Shown here piece by piece: positions 53,387 to 62,423 of a stretch of 64,000 nucleotides of DNA. The stretch's first letter is position 1. Every line of letters begins with the position of its first letter. Origin of the DNA: an uncultured Bacteroidota bacterium (GTDB lineage Bacteria; Bacteroidota; Bacteroidia; Bacteroidales; SZUA-534); assembly GCA_946404125.1 (NCBI GenBank), contig CAMJCK010000002.1, forward strand, positions 39,710-103,709, written 5' to 3'. The position numbers and the translations under genes are program-made. The notes below the pieces were generated by a model. The model had not been told where the DNA came from, made no database searches, and saw only the letters and a program-made list of their open reading frames with translations.

Positions 53387-55373
53387 ATCTGTAATACCCA
53401 TCCACCGCGCTGAATGCCGGCGTTAACGACGCCTGATTCCGCACCATTTTAACGCTGTCGGTGAGTTTGCGGACAAAGGCCTCGAGTTTGGCCAGATATT
53501 CCTGCTCGCCGATTTCGCCGTTGGCAACCATTGTCAGGCCCTTTTCCCAACTTGCTGTCAGTTCGGCGTTTAGCAGCGGGCGGATTGACGCATCGACAAC
53601 CTCATACACAATCTCGCCCAACTTGGCGGGGGTTACAATCTGCGTCTTTTTGTTCAGGTTCAGATAATCGATATTCACCAACTTTTTCAAAATCTCGGCT
53701 CGGGTGGCGCTTGTGCCGATTCCGCTTCCCTTGATTTGCGCCCGAAGTTCTTCGTCTTCAATCAGTTGGCCAGCGTTTTCCATTGCCAGAATGAGCGAGC
53801 CCGAATTGTAGCGTTTCGGCGGCGACGTCTCGCCCTCTTTCAACTCGTATCCAGCCACAGGCAGCACCGAGCCTTTCTTGAGTTTGCTCACAAGTTCAAA
53901 CTGATTGGTGTCGAGCACCTCGTCCTGCTGCTTGTCGTCATCGGGTTTTGGTGTGTCACCCATAACGGTCAGGTAGCCAGGCAAAGTCAGAATTTTGAAG
54001 TTGGCGAAGAAATGCTCGGTGCCAACCGTCAACTCAATGCTGACCTTGCTGTATTCGGCAGGCGGAAAAAATATCGCCAGAAAGCGGCGGACAATGCGGT
54101 CGTAAACGCCGCGGGCCGTTTCAGAACAGCCGTCGAGCGCCTGAAAGCCTTGCCCTGTAGGGATTATGGCATAGTGGTCGGTAATCTGCTTATCGTCGGT
54201 GTAGCGGCTCTTGCCAATGGTGGCGTAGAGCCCGTGCTGCTTCACCTGTTTTGTAATTTCCAGATATTCAGGGCGGGTGGCCAGTCCGTGCAGATTCTTT
54301 GTTATTTCCTTAGCCACTGCCGACGACAGCACGCGTGCGTCGGTACGCGGATAGGTCACCAACTTCTTCTCGTACAGGTCCTGCACTATCTGCAAAGTCT
54401 CGTCGGGACTCACTTTGAAGAGTTTCGAGCATTCGTTCTGCAACTCGGCAAGGTTGAAGAGCAGCGGCGGGTTTTTCTTCTCCTTTTTCTTATCGATGTT
54501 GACAATAACAGCCTCGCTGCCAGACTGTTGCATCATTGAAATGCACTGCTCGGCGTCTTCGCGGCGGCGGAATCCGTTTTCCTTATATAATAGTGGCGAC
54601 TCAAAGTATTTTGAGCCCTCAACAGCGCGCCATTCACCTGAAAACGAGTCGGTTTCGCTTAAAGCGAAGTTGCCCATAATGCGGTAGAACGGCGTCTTGA
54701 CAAAGGCTCTGATTTCGCGCTCGCGGCGCACCACCATTCCCAGAACGCAGGTCATCACGCGGCCAACCGATATGGCGCCAATCTTGTCGAGATTCAAGAA
54801 ACGGCGCACGGTGTAGCCGTATTTCAAAGTGAGTATGCGACTGAAATTGATACCCATCAGATAATCTTCTTTGGCGCGCAGATAGGCCGCATCGGAAAGG
54901 CTGTTGTACTCGGTGAGCGGTTTTGCCTCGCGTATTCCGCGCAAGATTTCCTCTTCGGTTTGCGAGTCAATCCACACGCGGCGGCGCTGCTTGTCGGCGG
55001 GCACCTTGGCCATTTGGTCAACAAGGCGGTAAATGTACTCACCCTCGCGGCCCGAGTCGGTGCAGACATAAATGCAATCGACATCGGCGCGGTTGAGCAA
55101 CCCGCTCACAATCCCGAACTGCTTGCTGACGTTGGGAATCACCTCGTAAAGAAAACTCTGCGGCAGAAACGGCAACGTGCTCTCGTCCCAGCGTTTCAGC
55201 GTGGGGTCGTAGGCATCGGGGTAACTCATCGTCACCAGGTGGCCAACGCACCAAGTCACAATGCTTCGGTCGCCCTCAAGATAGCCGTCGCCGCGCGACA
55301 TACTTTCTTTGAGCGCCTTTGCAAACTCTTGAGCCACACTCGGTTTCTCTGCAATATATAGGTTTTTGCCCAT
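53385..55373 (-). CDS. topB: DNA topoisomerase III
   Basis: ATG at 55373 gives MGKNLYIAEKPSVAQEFAKAL (Toprim). TDSGREGE, and the catalytic-Tyr region LVTYPRTDA. Confidence 0.93.
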   Translation of the reverse strand: MGKNLYIAEKPSVAQEFAKALKESMSRGDGYLEGDRSIVTWCVGHLVTMSYPDAYDPTLKRWDESTLPFLPQSFLYEVIPNVSKQFGIVSGLLNRADVDCIYVCTDSGREGEYIYRLVDQMAKVPADKQRRRVWIDSQTEEEILRGIREAKPLTEYNSLSDAAYLRAKEDYLMGINFSRILTLKYGYTVRRFLNLDKIGAISVGRVMTCVLGMVVRREREIRAFVKTPFYRIMGNFALSETDSFSGEWRAVEGSKYFESPLLYKENGFRRREDAEQCISMMQQSGSEAVIVNIDKKKEKKNPPLLFNLAELQNECSKLFKVSPDETLQIVQDLYEKKLVTYPRTDARVLSSAVAKEITKNLHGLATRPEYLEITKQVKQHGLYATIGKSRYTDDKQITDHYAIIPTGQGFQALDGCSETARGVYDRIVRRFLAIFFPPAEYSKVSIELTVGTEHFFANFKILTLPGYLTVMGDTPKPDDDKQQDEVLDTNQFELVSKLKKGSVLPVAGYELKEGETSPPKRYNSGSLILAMENAGQLIEDEELRAQIKGSGIGTSATRAEILKKLVNIDYLNLNKKTQIVTPAKLGEIVYEVVDASIRPLLNAELTASWEKGLTMVANGEIGEQEYLAKLEAFVRKLTDSVKMVRNQASLTPAFSAVDGYYR

Positions 55374-55497
55374 TCTTCCGGCCTTGTTTGATTGCGTCGG
55401 CAATTGTAGGAAAATGATTCGACGAATGAAACGATTGTTGAAAAGTCGGGAGAAAAGTATGCTGTTATTGATTTTTGAACTCATACCAATATTTTAA

Positions 55498-55505
55498 TAG
55501 TTTTG
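55498..55505 (+). promoter_or_regulatory. Candidate -7 box TAGTTTTG upstream of mutS2
   Basis: Exact TAnnTTTG match, 16 nt before the ATG at 55522. Confidence 0.45.
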
Positions 55506-55521
55506 CCGAAAATGATTTGTG

Positions 55522-58008
55522 ATGATTTATCCTGATAATTTTGAGCAAAAGATTGATTTCGTGCGGGTTCGCGAGGCGGTGAAAGGGTGTTGCTTGGGCG
55601 AAGTGGGCCGGTGGCTGACCGACAAAATGCGGTTTATGCCAAAGGCCGCCGACGTGCGCAACCGCCTTGCCGAAGTTTCGGAATTTATGCAACTACTTCA
55701 GAGTCAGGTTGATTTCCCGACCGACTACTTCTTCGACCTTCGGCCGCTTTTCGACAAGATGCGCGTTGAGGGCTCGTTTGCCGAAGCAGAGGAAATTTTC
55801 AATCTATATCGCTCATTATCAACAGTAAAGGCTATCACTCGTTTTTTTGCGAAAGAGGAGAACACGGAGCGTTATCCGTCGTTGAGCGCCATTGCCGCCA
55901 ACGTGGTGGTGCACACTTTCGTGACAGACAGCATTGAGCACATTATGAGCCGTCAGGGGCAGATTCGCGACAGCGCGTCGCCCGAACTTGCTGCCATTCG
56001 CCGCGAATTGGCTGAAAAACAAGGCGCTGCGTCGAAACTCATTCGCCGCATTATTGCCGATGCGCAGCAGGAAGGTTGGGTTGAACCCGACGCCACGCTT
56101 GCCGTCCGCGACGGGCGGTTGGTCATTCCCATTGCCGCTTCGCAAAAGCGCCGCATTATGGGCATTATCCACGACGAGTCGGCAACCGGCAAGACCTGCT
56201 ATGTGGAGCCCGCGCCAGTGGTGGAAATCAACAATTCGCTGCTTGAACTTGAGTCGGCCGAACGCCGCGAGATTATCCGCATTCTGCGAACCCTGACCGA
56301 CAATCTGCGCTCCTACACCGATGACCTTGACGATGCGCTTATGTTCTTGGGAATCACCGATTTCATCCGCGCCAAAGCCCGCTACGCGCTGCAAATTGGG
56401 GCCGCCGTGCCACACTTGTCCGACAAGCCGCTAATCGATTGGCGCGATGCCCGCCACCCGATACTTCAGGAGGCTTTTCGCGAAGCCGGGCGCACGCTCG
56501 TGCCGCTCAATATCGCACTCGACGAGGCAAGCCGAATCTTGGTTATAAGCGGACCTAATGCAGGCGGAAAATCGGTCTGCCTGAAAACCGTCGGACTGCT
56601 GCAATATATGCTGCAATGCGGCCTGCCGGTGCCAATGGAGCCGACCAGCCACGCAGGAATCTTCACCAATCTGTTTATCGATATTGGTGATGAGCAAAGT
56701 ATTGATAATGACTTGAGTACATATAGTTCGCATCTGCTGAATATGAAGCATTTCGTGCGCAACGCCGACGGCCGCACGCTGATTCTGATTGACGAGTTCG
56801 GCACCGGAACCGAGCCGATGCTTGGCGGCGCCATTGCCGAAGCCATTCTCGACCGGCTCAATCAGGCGAAGGTTTTCGGCGTGATAACCACCCACTACAC
56901 CAACCTAAAGCATTTTGCCGCCGGACACGACGGAATTGTCAATGGCGCAATGCTTTACGACACAAACCGGATGGAGCCGATGTTTGTGATGGAGATGGGC
57001 AAGCCGGGCAGCAGTTTCGCCTTCGAGATTGCCTATAAGATTGGTCTGCCGCAAGATGTGATTGACGACGCCCGCAGCAAGGTTGGCGAGGAGCACCTGA
57101 ATTTCGACAAGCACCTTCGCGAAATTGCCCGCGATAAGTACTATTGGGAGCGTAAACGCGAGAATATCCGCAAGATAGAGCGACGACTTGAGGAGATGAT
57201 GGAGACCGAAAAACGCGAACTCGACGAGACGAAACGTTTCCGCAAAGAGTTGATGACAAAATCGAAAGACGACGCTAAACGCCTATTGGCCGATTCCAAC
57301 AGGCTGATTGAAAATACGATACGTCAGATTCGCGAGTCGCAGGCCGAAAAGGAGAAAACCAAGCAGGCCCGCCAGCAGTTCGACGAGGCGCGTCGGGCAG
57401 TGGAGCAGACCAGCGATGACGAGGAGCGTATCTTGCAGAAAATCAAAAAACTGAAGGAGCGCGAGAACCGCGTCCGCACGTCGAAATCGAAGCAAGACGC
57501 ACAACTGAGGGCCGCCGATGTGGTGGAGGAGCGTCAGCGCGATTTCACCATTGGAATGCCAGTGCGCATTGAGGGGCAGACAACCGTGGGCGAGATTATG
57601 GAACTGAACGGGAAGAACGCCGTGGTGGCTTTCGATAACCTATATATGAATGTGGAAATCAGCCGTTTGCAGCACCTGACCGACGACGAGAAAAAGAAAC
57701 TTCGCAAGAGCGTGCGTCAGGGCAGTCTGCAGCAATCTTACGAGTTGAACCAGCGCCGGCTGTCGTTCAAGCCCGGACTCGATGTGCGCGGAATGCGTGC
57801 CGAAGAGGCCGTGAGCCGCGTGGCTGCTTTCATTGACGAGGCCGTGATGGTGGGCGTTTTTGAGGTGAAAATCTTGCACGGCAAGGGCAACGGCATTCTG
57901 CGCAATGTGGTGCGCGAGTACCTGCAAACCGTCGATGTGGTGACTAGCATCCGCGACGAGCACGTCGATTTCGGCGGCGCGGGAATTACGGTGGTGGAGT
58001 TGGGGTGA
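55522..58008 (+). CDS. mutS2: Endonuclease MutS2 (with a C-terminal Smr domain)
   Basis: Walker A GPNAGGKS, DEFGTGTEP, and the Smr region LDVRGMRAEEA...ILHGKGNGILR. Confidence 0.95.
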   Translation: MIYPDNFEQKIDFVRVREAVKGCCLGEVGRWLTDKMRFMPKAADVRNRLAEVSEFMQLLQSQVDFPTDYFFDLRPLFDKMRVEGSFAEAEEIFNLYRSLSTVKAITRFFAKEENTERYPSLSAIAANVVVHTFVTDSIEHIMSRQGQIRDSASPELAAIRRELAEKQGAASKLIRRIIADAQQEGWVEPDATLAVRDGRLVIPIAASQKRRIMGIIHDESATGKTCYVEPAPVVEINNSLLELESAERREIIRILRTLTDNLRSYTDDLDDALMFLGITDFIRAKARYALQIGAAVPHLSDKPLIDWRDARHPILQEAFREAGRTLVPLNIALDEASRILVISGPNAGGKSVCLKTVGLLQYMLQCGLPVPMEPTSHAGIFTNLFIDIGDEQSIDNDLSTYSSHLLNMKHFVRNADGRTLILIDEFGTGTEPMLGGAIAEAILDRLNQAKVFGVITTHYTNLKHFAAGHDGIVNGAMLYDTNRMEPMFVMEMGKPGSSFAFEIAYKIGLPQDVIDDARSKVGEEHLNFDKHLREIARDKYYWERKRENIRKIERRLEEMMETEKRELDETKRFRKELMTKSKDDAKRLLADSNRLIENTIRQIRESQAEKEKTKQARQQFDEARRAVEQTSDDEERILQKIKKLKERENRVRTSKSKQDAQLRAADVVEERQRDFTIGMPVRIEGQTTVGEIMELNGKNAVVAFDNLYMNVEISRLQHLTDDEKKKLRKSVRQGSLQQSYELNQRRLSFKPGLDVRGMRAEEAVSRVAAFIDEAVMVGVFEVKILHGKGNGILRNVVREYLQTVDVVTSIRDEHVDFGGAGITVVELG

Positions 58009-58010
58009 TT

Positions 58011-58058
58011 GAATGAGTGAAGGATTGAATGAGTGAATGAGTGAATGAGTGAATGAGT
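58011..58058. repeat. 8-nt tandem word array (GAATGAGT; 4 perfect consecutive units plus variants)
   Basis: Starts 3 nt after the mutS2 stop. Perfect units run from 58027 to 58058. Confidence 0.9.
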
Positions 58059-58061
58059 GAA

Positions 58062-58079
58062 GTCCCGATAGCTATCGGG
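58062..58079. repeat. Perfect 18-nt palindrome TCCCGATAGCTATCGGGA
   Basis: Read directly. Family members at 2809, 28139 and 58710. Confidence 0.9.
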
Positions 58080-58156
58080 ATGAAGGATTGAAGGAGATAG
58101 TGAAAGGAATAGTAGGTTGATTTCTATGCTGTTGAGTTACTCAACTTTTAAAAATT

Positions 58157-58190
58157 CAATTCACCGATTCACCAGTTAACCAATTCACCA
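58157..58190. repeat. Inverted word array (ATTCACC-type), the partner arm of 58011-58058
   Basis: Its reverse complement TGGTGAAT/TGGTTAAC/TGGTGAAT/CGGTGAAT has 8-nt periodicity and matches GAGTGAAT at 6 of 8 positions in most units. Confidence 0.6.
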
Positions 58191-58197
58191 AAATTTC

Positions 58198-58205
58198 TAT
58201 CTTGC
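58198..58205 (+). promoter_or_regulatory. Candidate -7 box TATCTTGC upstream of the Fur-family gene
   Basis: 12 nt before the ATG at 58218. Confidence 0.45.
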
Positions 58206-58217
58206 CGAAAAAAACAA

Positions 58218-58646
58218 ATGAGCACCATTGAGATACAGTCGTTGTTTGCGGAGCACGGAATCAAAGATACCGGCAACCGTCTGCTGATAGCGCGGGCTCT
58301 GCACGAGTCGGGACAGCCGCTGTCGCTGCTTGAACTTGAGGCGATTCTTGGAACTATCGACAAATCAACCATTCTGCGCACGCTCAATCTTTTCCGCGAG
58401 TCGCATTTGGTGCACGTCATTGAGAGTGGCGACGGCTGCACGCGCTACGAAATCTGCCAGAGCCACCACCACGATGACGATGAGGACGAAGACGCTCACC
58501 TGCACTTTTTCTGCGAATCGTGTCACCAAACAATCTGCTTGAGCGATAATCATATACCGCAAATCGAATTGCCCGACGGCTACATTGCCCGCTCGGCCAA
58601 TTTCCTTGTAAAAGGCCTTTGCCCGAAGTGCGCGAAAAGGGGCTAA
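58218..58646 (+). CDS. Fur-family metalloregulator (Zur/Fur-like) with a His/Asp/Glu-rich insertion
   Basis: Winged-helix N-terminal domain (TGNRLLIARALHESGQPLSLLELEAIL...STILRTLNLF). HHHDDDEDEDAHLHFFCESC and a C-terminal CPKC. Confidence 0.85.
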   Translation: MSTIEIQSLFAEHGIKDTGNRLLIARALHESGQPLSLLELEAILGTIDKSTILRTLNLFRESHLVHVIESGDGCTRYEICQSHHHDDDEDEDAHLHFFCESCHQTICLSDNHIPQIELPDGYIARSANFLVKGLCPKCAKRG

Positions 58647-58648
58647 AA

Positions 58649-58781
58649 GTTTAGTCGCTTCGCTGTTGAGATAGTTGAGAAGGTTTAGTTTAAGGTTTAA
58701 CAGGTTTATCCCGATAGCTATCGGGGGCTTCGCTGTTTAACAAGTTTAAATTTCTAAATCCTAATTCCTAAATCCTAAATT
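58649..58781. repeat. Composite intergenic element: GTTTAG/TTGAGAAGG words, a CCCGATAGCTATCGGG palindrome, then an inverted CTAAAT word array
   Basis: GTTTAGTCGCTTCGCTGTTGAG (58649-58670). GTTGAGAAGGTTTAG (58674-58688), identical to 38552-38566. Palindrome at 58710-58725. 4 x 7 nt CTAAATC/CTAATTC (58754-58781). Confidence 0.85.
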
Positions 58782-58794
58782 TTAAATAAAAACC

Positions 58795-58802
58795 TATCTT
58801 GC
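58795..58802 (+). promoter_or_regulatory. Candidate -7 box TATCTTGC upstream of rsmA
   Basis: 19 nt before the ATG at 58822. Confidence 0.45.
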
Positions 58803-58821
58803 AACCGCAAAAAAATCAGCG

Positions 58822-59601
58822 ATGCAGAAGGTCAGGGCAAAAAAGAATTTAGGTCAGCATTTCCTTACCAATCAGACTATTGCGGCACGGATAGCCAATG
58901 GGTTCACCCCGTCGGCACCGAACGTGATTCTCGAAATCGGGCCGGGAATGGGCATACTCACACGGCACCTGCTCAGCCGTCCCGGGGCCGACGTGCGGGT
59001 GGTTGAAATCGACCACGAATCGGTGTGCTACCTGATGGCTGAAATGCCCGAACTCAACGGCCGCATTATCGAGGGCGATTTCTTGAAACTCGACCTTCCG
59101 GCGCTTTTCGGAAAGCCCATTTCGGTGGCCGGAAATTTCCCCTACAATATTTCGAGCCAGATTCTGTTTAAGATTTTAGAAAACCGCCAGATGATTCCCC
59201 AAATGGTGGGAATGTTCCAGAAAGAGGTGGCCGAGCGCGTGGCGTCGAAGCCGGGCTCGAAGGTTTACGGCATTTTGAGCGTGCTGCTGCAGGCCTATTA
59301 CAATATCGATTATCTGTTCACCGTCAACGAGTGCGAGTTCGACCCGCCCCCGAAGGTCAAGTCGGGCGTTATCAGGCTGACACGCAACTCGGTAGAGCAC
59401 CTGCCGTGCAACGAGGAACTGTTCACGAAAGTGGTGAAAACCAGTTTCAACCAGCGGCGCAAAACTCTCTCGAACAGCCTGAAGCCAATCCTGCAGGACC
59501 GCCGTTGCGACCAGCCGGTCTTCCGACAACGGCCCGAGCAACTGAGTGTTAGCGAGTTCGTGGAACTGACGAACATTATTGACGGACTTTTAAAAGATTG
59601 A
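58822..59601 (+). CDS. rsmA: 16S rRNA (adenine1518/1519-N6)-dimethyltransferase
   Basis: KKNLGQHFL N-terminus, EIGPGMGILT SAM motif and GNFPYNISS. Confidence 0.95.
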   Translation: MQKVRAKKNLGQHFLTNQTIAARIANGFTPSAPNVILEIGPGMGILTRHLLSRPGADVRVVEIDHESVCYLMAEMPELNGRIIEGDFLKLDLPALFGKPISVAGNFPYNISSQILFKILENRQMIPQMVGMFQKEVAERVASKPGSKVYGILSVLLQAYYNIDYLFTVNECEFDPPPKVKSGVIRLTRNSVEHLPCNEELFTKVVKTSFNQRRKTLSNSLKPILQDRRCDQPVFRQRPEQLSVSEFVELTNIIDGLLKD

Positions 59602-59605
59602 AATT

Positions 59606-60961
59606 ATGCGTTTTGAGTTAAATAAAGAATTTGTTGAGGAACTGCAGCTTGCCATTCAAGAGCGCAGTGACGAGTCGATAAAATCGATGGTGGCGGAACT
59701 TCACCCCGCCGATGTTGCCGAGATTTTAGGCGAACTTGAACCCGACGACGCCCACTACCTTTTCAATTTGCTGCCGTCGGAACTCACCGCCGACGCCATT
59801 ATCGAACTTGAGGAAGACGACCGCGAGGAACTGCTCGAGGACCTGTCAGGTCAGGAAATCGCCCACGCCGTCATCGACCATATGGATTCCGACGATGCCG
59901 CCGATATCATCTCGGAACTTCCTGAGGATAAGCAAGATGAAGTTCTCTCGAACATCAGCGACATTGAGCAGGCCGGCGACATTGTCGACCTTCTGAAATA
60001 CGACCCCGACACCGCCGGCGGCCTTATGGCAACCGAGCTCATCAGCGTGAACGAGAATATGACCGTGCGCAACTGCGTTGAGGAAATCCGCAAGCAGGCA
60101 CCCGACGTGGGCGAATTCTTCTATGTGTATGTGACTGACGACCAAGGCGTTCTGAAAGGCGTTCTGCCATTGAAGAATCTGCTTTTGGCCAACGACAACC
60201 AGAAAGTCAAGAACATTGTCGAAGACATAATATCGGTGAAAACCGACGATGATTGCGAAGACGTCGCAAACATTATGCGGAAGTACGATATGGTGTCGAT
60301 GCCGGTTGTTGACAGCATCGGGCGGCTCAAGGGCCGAATCACCATCGATGACGTGGTGGATGTGATTAAGGATGAGGCCGATGAGGACTACCAGATAATG
60401 TCAGGTATCACCGGCGATGTGGATTCGAGCGACTCGGTGTTCAAGCTCACCAAAGCGCGCATTCCGTGGCTGCTGATTGGTATGGGCGGCGGCATTCTGA
60501 GCTCGATTGTGGTGAAAGGTTTCGACAGCCACATTGCCCTGCACCCCGTGATGGCCAGTTTCATCCCGATGATTGGCGCTATGGGCGGAAATGTAGCCAT
60601 ACAGTCATCGTCAATCATTGTTCAAGGCTTGGCTAACAATACTTTAGGTTTGGATTCAGCCGGAAAGAAAATCTTGAAGGAAGTGTTGGGCGCCTTGCTC
60701 AACGGCGCCATTGTGGCAACTTTGGCTTTCCTTTATAACATCTTCTTTGCCAGCGATTTCGCGTTGAGCATTGCGGTCAGTCTGTCGCTGATAACTGTGG
60801 TTTTGTTTGCCGCCATTGTGGGCACCGCGCTGCCGCTAGGCTTCAACCGCCTGAAGATTGACCCCGCCGTGGCCACCGGCCCGTTCATAACCACCATCAA
60901 CGATATTATGGGAATGGCCATCTACTTCCTGATAGGATGTTTGTGTTATTCAATGTTTTGA
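59606..60961 (+). CDS. mgtE: Magnesium transporter MgtE
   Basis: Acidic N-domain, tandem CBS domains, and a C-terminal TM domain with PFITTINDIMG. Confidence 0.95.
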   Translation: MRFELNKEFVEELQLAIQERSDESIKSMVAELHPADVAEILGELEPDDAHYLFNLLPSELTADAIIELEEDDREELLEDLSGQEIAHAVIDHMDSDDAADIISELPEDKQDEVLSNISDIEQAGDIVDLLKYDPDTAGGLMATELISVNENMTVRNCVEEIRKQAPDVGEFFYVYVTDDQGVLKGVLPLKNLLLANDNQKVKNIVEDIISVKTDDDCEDVANIMRKYDMVSMPVVDSIGRLKGRITIDDVVDVIKDEADEDYQIMSGITGDVDSSDSVFKLTKARIPWLLIGMGGGILSSIVVKGFDSHIALHPVMASFIPMIGAMGGNVAIQSSSIIVQGLANNTLGLDSAGKKILKEVLGALLNGAIVATLAFLYNIFFASDFALSIAVSLSLITVVLFAAIVGTALPLGFNRLKIDPAVATGPFITTINDIMGMAIYFLIGCLCYSMF

Positions 60962-60964
60962 TAT

Positions 60965-60992
60965 TTAGGAATTAGAGGTTAGAAATTAGAAT
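60965..60992. repeat. 4 x 7-nt tandem word array TTAGGAA/TTAGAGG/TTAGAAA/TTAGAAT
   Basis: Starts 4 nt after the mgtE stop. TTAG words are the reverse orientation of the CTAA words at 58754-58781. Confidence 0.85.
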
Positions 60993-61016
60993 TTCGAATA
61001 ATTCTGTTTCTGAACA

Positions 61017-61052
61017 TAAAAAATGCCGGCCCTAATGGTCGGCATTTCTATT
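61017..61052. terminator. Bidirectional intrinsic terminator between convergent mgtE and metY
   Basis: A-tract, stem AATGCCG / CGGCATT (61022-61028 / 61040-61046), then T-rich sequence. Confidence 0.75.
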
Positions 61053-61136
61053 TTATTTATTTCTAACCAAATAAATCCAAATTTACCTAATAAGAACTTT
61101 TGATTTCTATTTTGGATTCGTTTGGTTAGCGATTAA

Positions 61137-62423
61137 TTAAATCTTCGCAAAAGCCTGTTCCAAATCGGCAATAATGTCCTCAACATCCTCAATACCAACC
61201 GAGAAGCGGATAAGGTCGGGTTTGACGCCGGCTTCAAGCAGTTGCTCGTCAGTGAGTTGGCGGTGGGTGTGGCTTGCCGGGTGCAGAACGCAGGTGCGGG
61301 CGTCGGCCACGTGAGTTACAATGCAAGCCAGCTGCAGGCTGTCCATAAAGGTGATGGCCTTCTCGCGGCCGCCCTTAACGCCGAATGTTACCACGCCGCA
61401 CGACTGTCCGTTGGTGAACTGCTTCTGTGCCAACTCGTAGTACGGGCTCGACTTCAAACCTGAATAGTTAACCCAGGCCACTTTCGGGTTTTTCTCAAGA
61501 TATTCGGCCACGGCCTGAGCGTTGGCGCAGTGGCGCGGCACACGAACGTGCAGTGTCTCAAGTCCCAGATTGAGCAGGAATGCGTTCTGCGGCGACTGAA
61601 TCGAGCCAAGGTCGCGCATCAGCTGTGCAGTGGCTTTGGTGATGTAAGCGCCTTTGCCGAAAGCCTTGCTGTAAGCCAGTCCGTGGTACGACGGGTCGGG
61701 TTCGGTCAGGCCGGGGAACTTGTCGCGGTGGGCTTCCCAGTCGAAGTTGCCGCTATCGACAATGCAGCCGCCCACGTTGGTTGCGTGGCCGTCCATATAT
61801 TTAGTGGTGGCGTGAGTCACAATGTCGCAGCCGAACTCAAACGGACGGCAGTTGATTGGCGTCGGGAAAGTGTTGTCCACAATCAATGGAACGCCGTGCG
61901 AGTGAGCGATGCGGGCGAATTTCTCAATGTCGAGCACGCTCAAAACAGGATTGGCGATGGTCTCGCCGAACAGGCATTTGGTGTTCGGGCGGAAAGCCTT
62001 GCTGATTTCCTCTTCCGAAGCGTCGGGGTCAACAAATGTGCACTCGATGCCCAACTTCTTCATTGTCACGGCAAAAAGGTTGTATGTTCCACCGTAGATG
62101 GTCGATGATGACACAAAGTGGTCGCCTGCCTCGCACACGTTGAAAACAGCGTAGAAACTTGCCGCCTGACCCGACGATGTGAGCATTGCTGCCACACCGC
62201 CCTCAAGAGCGCATATTTTTGCCGCAACTGCGTCGTTTGTGGGGTTTTGCAGACGGGTGTAGAAGTAGCCCGATGCTTTCAGGTCGAACAAATCGGCCAT
62301 CTGCTCGGTGTTGTCATACTTGAAAGTTGTGCTCTGATAGATGGGCAGCACACGCGGCTCGCCCTTTTTCGGTTTCCATCCCTCTTGCACGCAGATGGTA
62401 CCCAGATTGTGTTTGTTACTCAT
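61137..62423 (-). CDS. metY: O-acetylhomoserine aminocarboxypropyltransferase / sulfhydrylase (PLP enzyme)
   Basis: 428 aa. PLP-lysine region HATTKYMDGH, NPTND and the PASHTHRQL C-terminal motif. Confidence 0.92.
   Translation of the reverse strand: MSNKHNLGTICVQEGWKPKKGEPRVLPIYQSTTFKYDNTEQMADLFDLKASGYFYTRLQNPTNDAVAAKICALEGGVAAMLTSSGQAASFYAVFNVCEAGDHFVSSSTIYGGTYNLFAVTMKKLGIECTFVDPDASEEEISKAFRPNTKCLFGETIANPVLSVLDIEKFARIAHSHGVPLIVDNTFPTPINCRPFEFGCDIVTHATTKYMDGHATNVGGCIVDSGNFDWEAHRDKFPGLTEPDPSYHGLAYSKAFGKGAYITKATAQLMRDLGSIQSPQNAFLLNLGLETLHVRVPRHCANAQAVAEYLEKNPKVAWVNYSGLKSSPYYELAQKQFTNGQSCGVVTFGVKGGREKAITFMDSLQLACIVTHVADARTCVLHPASHTHRQLTDEQLLEAGVKPDLIRFSVGIEDVEDIIADLEQAFAKI

Noticed and set aside
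53385-55373. topB as a marker of an integrated conjugative element
   Set aside because: It is flanked by rimP-nusA-infB and mutS2. There are no tra/mob, integrase or relaxase genes and no compositional shift.
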